The position numbers and the translations under genes were made by a program. Positions 26,519 to 34,823 of a DNA stretch of 64,000 nucleotides are shown here, piece by piece. Source of the DNA: Kosmotogales bacterium (GTDB lineage: Bacteria; Thermotogota; Thermotogae; Petrotogales; Kosmotogaceae). Position 1 is the stretch's first letter. Every line of letters begins with the position of its first letter. The stretch spans positions 250 to 64,249 of the forward strand of contig JASGMR010000003.1 in assembly GCA_030156385.1 (NCBI GenBank). Direction: 5' to 3'. The notes beneath the pieces were generated by a model. It did not search any database. It was not told the origin of the DNA and saw only the letters and a list, made by a program, of their open reading frames with translations.

Positions 26519-27873
26519 GTTGTTTGCCTCCTTATTTTGAACTTATCGAATATTATGAAAAGAACAAATAAGATAGCTAACCCGATGAAAAATACTGGAT
26601 AAAACGAATTGCCTTCAACAAATTTTCCAAAGGATTTCGAATTTGCAATCACAAATGTTGCGTAAACCATGGTGATGAAAAAGGAGGGCAGCCCCGCAAC
26701 CCAAACCTTGAAGTAATTTTTTTCACCGACGATATGAGCGGCAAAAATTCCTGCCAGTGCGGTCGGAGGAACCATATCGCCCAAACCTGCTAACAATGAC
26801 AGTGCAGAACATACAACTATGTCATTACCTCCCAGGAATGCCAACAGGAAAGGAACTCCAAGTACCGAAGCCGATCCATAAGAAGAAACAGCACCAAATA
26901 ACGGAATTCCTATCGCAATTCCAATTAAAAGAATTTCTGAAGGTAATCCGTTCAAAAATCCAACTATCATACCCCTGACACCGTTTAAAGTCATGATTTG
27001 TATGAACATTCCAACTCCAGCAAGGATTGAAAGAATCCCAAGTGAATCTCTCATTGCTTCAACGGAGGTCTTAAAAATATTTCCCTTTCTACCGGTAAAT
27101 GTGGCTAAAATTGCAGAAATTATAAAAATCAAAGGCAAACCTAACGATAGTATGCCCACATTTTCCAATACCATCAGAATTATCATCACAATCGCAGGCA
27201 AATATATTGCAAAATTTGAAGAAGGGATATCTTCAATTGCTAATTCATCAACGTTAACTGGCTTAAGCTGATTTCCGGCGATAACGAGCGAAGAAACTAT
27301 TGCTAACGGGAATGTCAAAAGCAGGAGCGGTGGTGTAAAACCAATATACGGCATATCTACACCCTGACCGATAATCATCGCGGGTAAATTGACTGGAGGA
27401 GCTATCATCCCATAAATACCGGCCATAGCAATTATTGCACCCGCCTTTTTTTTACTCAGATTCATGCTTTTTAAAACCGGGTAAGAGATGGCACCCGTAG
27501 TTAAAACGGTTGCAGTGGATGAACCGGTGATCATACCGGCAATCATAATAAAAAATGTCATTAATACCAGTAATAATGTTGGTTGGTTTTTAAGACCCAA
27601 TGCCATTTTTTTTGCCAGGGTATCAAGTAAACCAGAATGTTTGATCGAAGCCATAAAAATCATGGCCGTTGCTATAATTAACATTGTATCGATATAACCA
27701 AAGGCACCTTCAACGAGATGTCTTACAGGGAAAAATTCTCCAAAAGCAATAGCGCCTGCAAGAGCAGAAAACATCAAAGAAACGCCTATTGGTATTTTAA
27801 TAGCTGCAAGGAAAATGAATGTTCCAAGCATTAATATAAAATAAAATACTTCCGGTGTATAAATCTCTCTCAC
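26515..27873 (-). CDS. DctM-like (TRAP large subunit family) polytopic permease
   Basis: 452 aa, 12 or more TM helices. N-terminal IKIPIGVSLMFSALAG resembles the DctM G.PIa.aLg start. No DctP or DctQ gene nearby. Confidence 0.55.
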   Translation of the reverse strand: MREIYTPEVFYFILMLGTFIFLAAIKIPIGVSLMFSALAGAIAFGEFFPVRHLVEGAFGYIDTMLIIATAMIFMASIKHSGLLDTLAKKMALGLKNQPTLLLVLMTFFIMIAGMITGSSTATVLTTGAISYPVLKSMNLSKKKAGAIIAMAGIYGMIAPPVNLPAMIIGQGVDMPYIGFTPPLLLLTFPLAIVSSLVIAGNQLKPVNVDELAIEDIPSSNFAIYLPAIVMIILMVLENVGILSLGLPLIFIISAILATFTGRKGNIFKTSVEAMRDSLGILSILAGVGMFIQIMTLNGVRGMIVGFLNGLPSEILLIGIAIGIPLFGAVSSYGSASVLGVPFLLAFLGGNDIVVCSALSLLAGLGDMVPPTALAGIFAAHIVGEKNYFKVWVAGLPSFFITMVYATFVIANSKSFGKFVEGNSFYPVFFIGLAILFVLFIIFDKFKIRRQTT

Positions 27874-27879
27874 CCCTTA

Positions 27880-28953
27880 TTAATTTAGATATTCTTCAAA
27901 ACCATTATCCATTATTTCAAAATAATCGGGAAGATTATCGATTTCCAATGAATCTCCAAACATCATATTGTATCCGTCGATAAGTGAGGATATCACAGTA
28001 AGATTCCACCCTATTCTATGTTTTAAAGGAAAATCTTCATCGTAAAGTACATCGGGAAATTCTTGTTGTGACATGCCCGGATTGGGACTTTCGCACAGAA
28101 AAGACAAGCTATCTGTATAGTTTCCAATTTCAAGATGGCTCAATCCTCTGAATGCCGGATTCGATTGATCCAATTTTATAGGCAGGTCATACATCTCAAC
28201 TTCCATAGCGGCAATTGCACCAATTTCCAAAGCGGTTTCTGCGGGATTGCAAACTAGCATATAAGCCAATCTACCGCTTGAATAAGTGCTGCCATTGCTA
28301 TTTTTATACGTAAATCCTGGAGGATCGGATTCATGCATATCCAGATTTATATTGACTCCTTCTTCCTTTATTAACTGAATGATCGCATAAGCAAGTTGCT
28401 GTGTTATATTTCCATCAGCGACACCAGGATATTGTCTGTTTAAATTTCTCGCTTCTGCACCATCTTCCAGAGTGAAATCAGATTGGTAGTGTTTAAATAC
28501 TTCCGGGTCCGGATATATCTGGTCTTCAGGATCTGTTCTCCTGTCTCCATAGACTATAAATCTCGGTCCGGACTTCGTTTCTATTGGTAAAAAATGATCA
28601 ATATTTGGATTTCTGGTATCGTTTACCGATACACCGCTTTTATTTGAATAGGGAATAACTATTACTCTTCCTTTTTTTACAACGGCTCTTTCAATGAACA
28701 TCGTTGCGGTCATCATGGTTGAAATTTCATTGCTGTGGGTACCGCCCATTAATAAAAAGGTTGCACCCTCCTCACCGCTATCCATAAAATATACGGGAGT
28801 GTCCAGATTCGTGCCTTTTAGCCCCTCATGATAATCAGAAAGCCAGCCAAAACCTGTAACACCTTTTCCCGGCCTTACATCCGGCTGAAAATAAGCTGCA
28901 ATGGAAAGTGATGAGAGAATTATAACCGTAAATATGATAAAAAATTTCTTCAT
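27880..28953 (-). CDS. Secreted zinc deacylase/carboxypeptidase-like protein (M14 / AstE-AspA-like), paralog 1
   Basis: Signal peptide MKKFFIIFTVIILSSLSIAA. HxxE in GGTHSNE, NLNRQYPG, LDMHES, LSHLEIGNYT. Confidence 0.6.
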   Translation of the reverse strand: MKKFFIIFTVIILSSLSIAAYFQPDVRPGKGVTGFGWLSDYHEGLKGTNLDTPVYFMDSGEEGATFLLMGGTHSNEISTMMTATMFIERAVVKKGRVIVIPYSNKSGVSVNDTRNPNIDHFLPIETKSGPRFIVYGDRRTDPEDQIYPDPEVFKHYQSDFTLEDGAEARNLNRQYPGVADGNITQQLAYAIIQLIKEEGVNINLDMHESDPPGFTYKNSNGSTYSSGRLAYMLVCNPAETALEIGAIAAMEVEMYDLPIKLDQSNPAFRGLSHLEIGNYTDSLSFLCESPNPGMSQQEFPDVLYDEDFPLKHRIGWNLTVISSLIDGYNMMFGDSLEIDNLPDYFEIMDNGFEEYLN

Positions 28954-28966
28954 TTATCCTTCTCCT

Positions 28967-30028
28967 TTAATTTAAATACGCTTCGAAACCGTATTTCATA
29001 AGATCACTGTATGTTGGTATTTTTTCAACTTCTAATTTTTCCTCGAACAGCATATTATATGAATCTATAAGCATCTGTACGATTTCCAGTTGTATCCCTA
29101 TCCTGTGTTTCAGGGGATATTTACTGTCATACATAGGATCCGGATTATTTTTTGAAGGATCCTGAGCGGGGTTTGGCGTTTCCGATAAAAAAGAAAGGCT
29201 GTTGGTGTAATTTCCTATTTCAAGATGGCTCAATCCTCTTGAATTTTTTGCAGACTCTTCCAATTTAACATTTATTCCCGTTTCCAGCTCAAGGTTCAAC
29301 ATAGCCAATATTCCCATTTCAAGTGCCTTTGGATTGCACACGAGAGAATATGAAAGGTTGTAATCAGAATTACTTTTTTCATATTCTTCAGGAGTTCTGC
29401 TCTCATGCATGTCAAGATTAAAATCAACGTTTTCTTCATTTATAAGATTGATAATTGCAAAAGCCAATTTTGAAGTCAAAGTTCCATTTTCTTCCCCTGG
29501 ATAATTTCTGTTCAGATTTCTACTCTCATCACCTTTATATTCCGTTTCATCTGATGGATGAACAAAGACCTCCGGGTCCTCTATTCCTTCATCGTTTATA
29601 TCCGTTCTTCGATCTCCGAAAACGAGATATCTTTTTCCCGATTTTGTTTGAACCGGAAGAAAATGAGATACTTTTCCCGTCAGATCCGGTATGGATGCAG
29701 CACTTAAATTTGAATAAGGAATAACGATAACTTTTCCCGTTTTAACAACGGCATTTTCAATAAATGATATAGCAGCAACCGTCCCGGCCAATTCTCCGGG
29801 ATGAGTACCACCCATGAGAAGAAAAGTGGCACCGGTTGCCTCACCACTCATAATATAAACCGGAGTATCAACATTGGTTTCCTTTATTCCAGGAAAGTAA
29901 TCAGAAAGCCATTTGAAATCTGTTACACCGTCACCTGGCCTTATATCGGGATAAAACTCCTTTGAAAAACATGATACTATCAGTACAAATATAAAAATCA
30001 ATACGACGATTAGTTTCTTTTTATTCAT
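28967..30028 (-). CDS. Secreted (probable lipoprotein) zinc deacylase/carboxypeptidase-like protein, paralog 2
   Basis: Signal peptide with LIVSC lipobox-like cysteine. GGTHPGE, NLNRNYPG, LDMHES, LSHLEIGNYT. Long identical blocks shared with paralog 1. Confidence 0.6.
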   Translation of the reverse strand: MNKKKLIVVLIFIFVLIVSCFSKEFYPDIRPGDGVTDFKWLSDYFPGIKETNVDTPVYIMSGEATGATFLLMGGTHPGELAGTVAAISFIENAVVKTGKVIVIPYSNLSAASIPDLTGKVSHFLPVQTKSGKRYLVFGDRRTDINDEGIEDPEVFVHPSDETEYKGDESRNLNRNYPGEENGTLTSKLAFAIINLINEENVDFNLDMHESRTPEEYEKSNSDYNLSYSLVCNPKALEMGILAMLNLELETGINVKLEESAKNSRGLSHLEIGNYTNSLSFLSETPNPAQDPSKNNPDPMYDSKYPLKHRIGIQLEIVQMLIDSYNMLFEEKLEVEKIPTYSDLMKYGFEAYLN

Positions 30029-30037
30029 TATCTGCCA

Positions 30038-31174
30038 CTACCCTTCATGTTCAATTAAAAATGAACCTATATCATTTATAAGATTTTCATAAGATGGAAT
30101 ATCATCAATAAGTATCTGTTTTTCCGACATCATGTTCCAGGATTGAATTATATAATCTATTGTTGTTATATGCCTTGCCACTCTCAATGATATTGGATAA
30201 CCATTTTCATCATAAGGTGCATATAATTTTCCTTCTTTAGCGGCCTGAACATAGAACTTGTCCAAACCTGTTACCACAAGATCTTCGTCTGTTTTTCCCC
30301 TCAATCTCCCCTGTGAAGGGTTTGCAACTTCCAACAATAAAACCATAGCGTCAGTTGAATCCCCGATTTCTCTGTGACTCAATCCCCTTAGATTGACCGG
30401 CGATTCTTCCAAACGAATTTGAATATTGTCCATTTCAAGCATCATTTGGGCCGTAATAGCTAGTTCAGCAGCGTTTTGATGGAATACTATTGCATCGTTA
30501 ACGGGATATTCCGGTGAAGACTCATGCATATCAATAACTATATCTACTTTTTCATTTTTTATCAATTGAACAATGGCATATGCCAGCTTTTCCGTAGGAT
30601 ATCCATCTGGGTCCCCGGGGTAACATCTGTTCAAATTTGAAACTTCACCACCACCCAAAGTGGATCCTGATTGATGATTATAAAGGGTCGGATCAGGCCA
30701 TTGATCTGTGGGATTTGTTCTTCTTGAACCGAATCTGAAATCTCTTGTGGAACCATCCGGCAAATCAATATGATAAAATTCAGGAGCGCCTTCCATCGCG
30801 TCATTATGAGAGATGGCGCTATTGTTTGCATATGGAATGATAAAAACTTTCCCTGTTTCAACCTTTATATTTTCCAGCATAACTATAGCCGATAATATTC
30901 CTGCGGGTTCGTTTGCATGTGTACCACCCAGAATTAGAATCGAGCCTCCCTCGACACCACTATCAAAAACATACACATTTGTATCCATATTCGTATTTTT
31001 TATCCCTTCGAACCAGTTGCTCAGTTTTACTGTTTCGGTAACGCCTGGTCCGTTCAAAACGGGATTGATTTTCATACTGATGAAACTTACCGTTGCAATT
31101 ATGCAAACTGCAATTACTCCCAAAATATAAAAAATGAAGGCTAATATCCTTCTTTTCAAAATACTCACCGCCAT
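30038..31174 (-). CDS. Membrane-anchored zinc deacylase/carboxypeptidase-like protein, divergent paralog 3
   Basis: N-terminal TM anchor. GGTHANE, NLNRCYPG, IDMHESS, LSHREIGDST. A TTG at 31159 after GGTGAG is an alternative start (MKRRILAFIF...). Confidence 0.6.
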   Translation of the reverse strand: MAVSILKRRILAFIFYILGVIAVCIIATVSFISMKINPVLNGPGVTETVKLSNWFEGIKNTNMDTNVYVFDSGVEGGSILILGGTHANEPAGILSAIVMLENIKVETGKVFIIPYANNSAISHNDAMEGAPEFYHIDLPDGSTRDFRFGSRRTNPTDQWPDPTLYNHQSGSTLGGGEVSNLNRCYPGDPDGYPTEKLAYAIVQLIKNEKVDIVIDMHESSPEYPVNDAIVFHQNAAELAITAQMMLEMDNIQIRLEESPVNLRGLSHREIGDSTDAMVLLLEVANPSQGRLRGKTDEDLVVTGLDKFYVQAAKEGKLYAPYDENGYPISLRVARHITTIDYIIQSWNMMSEKQILIDDIPSYENLINDIGSFLIEHEG

Positions 31175-31184
31175 ATATTTTATT

Positions 31185-31215
31185 AATTATAAAATCCCTC
31201 GCAAAAATGCGAGGG
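31185..31215 (-). terminator. Internal rho-independent terminator/attenuator
   Basis: Minus strand reads CCCTCGC-attttt-GCGAGGG followed by ATTTTATAATT. Lies between the unknown secreted-protein gene and the paralog array. Confidence 0.6.
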
Positions 31216-31223
31216 AAGTTTAC

Positions 31224-31784
31224 TTAAAGTCCAAAGACTTCAGAAATTACATTTTTCAAATCGGCCGTTTTTTCGAAGAAGAAAATCGGAATTTCTTTTT
31301 CTTCTGCAATGTTGGAAAACATTTGATCGGCCGCATCACTTTCTTCTTTGATAAATAATGCATCTGCAAAAGGAGATAATTCGTTGAATAGAAGATCCGA
31401 ACTTGCTCCTCTTCTTGCAGCGCCTTCAAGATGAGTAAGAACAATCGGTAAGCCGTTATCCTTGGCTTTTTGTGCCAGTGCAACAACTCTTGCCGTTTCT
31501 TCATCTATATCTATTCCCGCAGCGCCTAAACCCTTACCGCTTGCTCCGACAACAAAAATAGCACAATTGTAAGCCTGAGGATCAAAATCATCCGCGGTCA
31601 TAAGCTTTTCAAATGTATAATCGAGCTTGACCATTTTACAAACGACGGTCATCTGAAGAGCACCTGGAGACTGTCCGGCCGATGTGATAAATGCCGGTTG
31701 TTCAAGTGTAAAAACTTCTTCCGCAAAAACAAAACCTACAAAAAATATTGCCAGGGCAAAAAATACTACTGATACTTTTTTCAT
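31224..31784 (-). CDS. Secreted protein of unknown function (alpha/beta, Gly-rich GASGKGLGAAG motif)
   Basis: Signal peptide MKKVSVVFFALAIFFVGFVFA. The ATG at 31784 is preceded by GAGGTGA; the ORF track starts at a GTG at 31793 inside the SD. No motif I can assign. Confidence 0.5.
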   Translation of the reverse strand: MKKVSVVFFALAIFFVGFVFAEEVFTLEQPAFITSAGQSPGALQMTVVCKMVKLDYTFEKLMTADDFDPQAYNCAIFVVGASGKGLGAAGIDIDEETARVVALAQKAKDNGLPIVLTHLEGAARRGASSDLLFNELSPFADALFIKEESDAADQMFSNIAEEKEIPIFFFEKTADLKNVISEVFGL

Positions 31785-31806
31785 CAATATCACCTCTTAA
31801 TAAATA

Positions 31807-33579
31807 TTACAATTCAGGTGCAGCTGCGGCTCCATCTCTTCTTATTGAACCTGCACCCACTGCCATTCCATCTTCTGCAACAGAAATAATATTCGGACCT
31901 CCGAAGAAGAGATCGGGATATCCATATTCGTTTACATCATGTCCTAGAATATCAGACAAGAATGCAAGAGTAGATTCAGGGTACCCGCCTTCAATGGTCA
32001 GATCTTTGTAACTTGAATATCCGACAAATTTCGGAGTGGCAACTGCTTCGTCTATTGACATGTTGAAGTCGATAACATCAACCAGTAACTGAATGATCGT
32101 GGAAACGATTCTTCCGCCACCCGGTGTTCCAATAATCCATCTTACCTTTCCATCCTTTTGAACAATTGTAGGACATATTGTGGTTCTTGGCCTCATATTA
32201 GGTTCCAATGCGAGAACCGATGATTTGTTCGAACTGAAATTGTACATTTCGTTGTTGAAGAAAAAGCCATCCATGTATTCCGATGTTCCGAAGAAACTGG
32301 AAATTGTCTGTGTCCATGCAACAGCATTGCCCCACTGGTCAATAACAGAGAAGTGAGTTGTCGAAGGGTGTTCGTATATATCGTCAGTCTGCAAAGCTGC
32401 TTTTTCCGCTTCCGAAAGCATTACATCCACATATGATTCACCATCAACGTAATCTTCAGCGTTACCTAGGTAGTCGTTATATGTATTTGGATCTATCGCT
32501 TTGCTTAAATCGATATTCATCATTCTTGTCTTTGCATATTCTTTGCTTACAAATCCTTCCGTGGGAAGATCATAAAAATCAGGATCGGATATGAAAGATC
32601 TTCTGTCAACATCTTCCAGAACCAATGCCTGTTGAATTATATGAACAGCCAATGGGTCATCCCAGGTGAAATTGGAAAGATTATAATTTTCCAGTATGTT
32701 CAGAACCGCTAAAACCTGAGGTCCGGAAACAGGAGGATAAGGAACGTAAAGATCATATCCTCTGTAAGTTCCCTCCAAAGGTTCTCTGACTATAGCTTCA
32801 TAATTTGCCAGATCTTCCTTTGTTATGTAGCCGTTCTTTTCCTTCATGAAAGCGTCTATTTTTTCCGCGAGTTCACCGTTATAAAAGTCCGAAGGACCGG
32901 TTTTCTGTAAATGTTTGTATGTTTCTGCCAGATCGGGATTCGTGAAGATATCACCCGTTTCCCAGGCGAATCCCTCGTTCAGGAAATTTGGAGCGTTATT
33001 AAGAACTTTATCATATGCATCCGATACTACCCCTGCAAAAGTTTCATTGACGACCATTCCATTTTCGGCCAATGAAATCGAAGGTTCGATCAAGTCGGAA
33101 AAATCCATAGTTCCTGCCAGATCTAAAGCTGCCTCTATACCGGCTAATACTCCAGGAACACAAGCACCTTTTGCATTGTATTGAATTGGATAGTATTTAT
33201 TCCCTGCCTCATCTTCCTGAACCCTACTGCTTAAAGTTGCAAAATCTTTTTCAAGTTGTTCATAAGTAGTTGCCGAAGGTGATTTGCTTCTGAAATCAAT
33301 GGCATATTTTTCCCCATTTGCAAGCGTAATAACACAATAACCTTCACCACCGAGCCCGGAAGCATAAGGTTCGGCTACCCCAAGAGCCAAACTTATGGCT
33401 ACAGCGGCATCTACAGCGTTTCCACCCATTTCAAGTACCTGGGCACCTATCTCCGCAGCATAAGAATTTGCAGCCGCTACGACCCCTTTGCTTGAAGCAA
33501 CAACGGGTGCCGAATAAACGGCAAATCCAAATGAAACCATTAACAAACTAACAACCAAAAGAACAAAAAGCTTTCTCAA
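31807..33579 (-). CDS. ggt: Gamma-glutamyltranspeptidase (secreted, autoprocessing Ntn hydrolase)
   Basis: Signal peptide. Conserved autoprocessing site EHPSTTHFSVIDQWGNAVAWTQTI, and GTPGGGRI. TTG start with AGGAGGGG RBS. Confidence 0.9.
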   Translation of the reverse strand: MRKLFVLLVVSLLMVSFGFAVYSAPVVASSKGVVAAANSYAAEIGAQVLEMGGNAVDAAVAISLALGVAEPYASGLGGEGYCVITLANGEKYAIDFRSKSPSATTYEQLEKDFATLSSRVQEDEAGNKYYPIQYNAKGACVPGVLAGIEAALDLAGTMDFSDLIEPSISLAENGMVVNETFAGVVSDAYDKVLNNAPNFLNEGFAWETGDIFTNPDLAETYKHLQKTGPSDFYNGELAEKIDAFMKEKNGYITKEDLANYEAIVREPLEGTYRGYDLYVPYPPVSGPQVLAVLNILENYNLSNFTWDDPLAVHIIQQALVLEDVDRRSFISDPDFYDLPTEGFVSKEYAKTRMMNIDLSKAIDPNTYNDYLGNAEDYVDGESYVDVMLSEAEKAALQTDDIYEHPSTTHFSVIDQWGNAVAWTQTISSFFGTSEYMDGFFFNNEMYNFSSNKSSVLALEPNMRPRTTICPTIVQKDGKVRWIIGTPGGGRIVSTIIQLLVDVIDFNMSIDEAVATPKFVGYSSYKDLTIEGGYPESTLAFLSDILGHDVNEYGYPDLFFGGPNIISVAEDGMAVGAGSIRRDGAAAAPEL

Positions 33580-33615
33580 TTTTACCCCTCCTTATAATAA
33601 AAGAATCATGTAAAA

Positions 33616-34632
33616 TCACTTTACAACAACGACAAAAAACATATCAGTGTTAAAAGAAATTATATTTGTCGATTTTTCAGGATTTTCCCAATTTCTATAA
33701 TATTTAAAAGAAATAAAAGCCTTCCCTTCTGAGACTGGCTCGAATGAAAATTTTATTTCACTTCCCATACCAATTGTACCACTATTTTCATCTGTTATTA
33801 TTTCTTTTTTATAAAACTCTAATACTTTTTTATTTGTTATTTCATAATTCCAGGTATATCCGGTAGTGGGATTTTCATATAGTTCTATATAAGCCAGTTG
33901 ATCTTTGGTAATTTCGGTCAGTGATTCTTCGGGAGAAACAGAATCTACAACCTCAATATCATATTCAAAAGTTTTAATCGGATCATCTTCCCACGGTCTT
34001 TTGTATTCAAAAATAATTTTATACGTTCCACTTTTTGATGAAGAAATTTCAAATATAACTTTATTTGATGCACCCAGAAGTTTTGAATCGCTTTTGACGA
34101 TTTTTTTCGAAATATTCAGAGGCGATTCAGAATCATCAATATTATAAGTCCACGAATATCCTGTGGAAGGATTCTCGTCCAATTCAATCATGCCAACTTC
34201 ATCGATACTCAATGTATTCTGTCCCTCTTTCAGATTCATAGAATCATAAGCCTTTAAATTGTATACTTTGAAGTCAATTGCGGTATCGGGATTTTCCCAC
34301 GGTCTGTAAAGAGAAAAAATAATAGTGCCTTCACCTGATTTATTCACTTTGAAGGTCCATTCTTTAAAATAAGGTGCACCACTCATTTGTTTTTCCGGAG
34401 ATTTTTCTTCATTTGGATTGATTGTTTTCTCGCCGATTAATTTTATTAAATCGGGATTTGACAGCGAGTAATTCCAGATAAAACCGGTTGAACCGTTTTC
34501 CTCGAGTTTTATCACGAGTGTTTCTCCAACTCCAACATCATTTACTACTGATTCAAGCAACACGTTATTCGTAGCGAAAGAAAAAACAAATAACATTAAA
34601 AAAATTATCGTTACAAAAATATTTTTTTTCAT
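33616..34632 (-). CDS. Secreted triple-domain chagasin-family (I42) cysteine-peptidase inhibitor
   Basis: Signal peptide, then three units of about 100 aa. Each carries the three chagasin loop motifs: ENGSTGFIWNY / GAP / YRPWE; ENPSTGYSWTY / LGAS / KRPWE; ENPTTGYTWNY / IGMGS / YRNWE. Confidence 0.75.
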   Translation of the reverse strand: MKKNIFVTIIFLMLFVFSFATNNVLLESVVNDVGVGETLVIKLEENGSTGFIWNYSLSNPDLIKLIGEKTINPNEEKSPEKQMSGAPYFKEWTFKVNKSGEGTIIFSLYRPWENPDTAIDFKVYNLKAYDSMNLKEGQNTLSIDEVGMIELDENPSTGYSWTYNIDDSESPLNISKKIVKSDSKLLGASNKVIFEISSSKSGTYKIIFEYKRPWEDDPIKTFEYDIEVVDSVSPEESLTEITKDQLAYIELYENPTTGYTWNYEITNKKVLEFYKKEIITDENSGTIGMGSEIKFSFEPVSEGKAFISFKYYRNWENPEKSTNIISFNTDMFFVVVVK

Positions 34633-34823
34633 TTTTTCACCTCCGTCGGTAATATGACATAAAAAGTTCTCTTAAAGTTTATATAAAACATTCTGATCTG
34701 CTTGTTAAAATAAGCGATTTTAGTTAATTTGCTGGAAATATTTTCGATTAATAAAGATTACATATAATTTTCTCCAATCTCTTATATAATATAAATAATA
34801 TTATATGGTTAGGAGGATTACCC

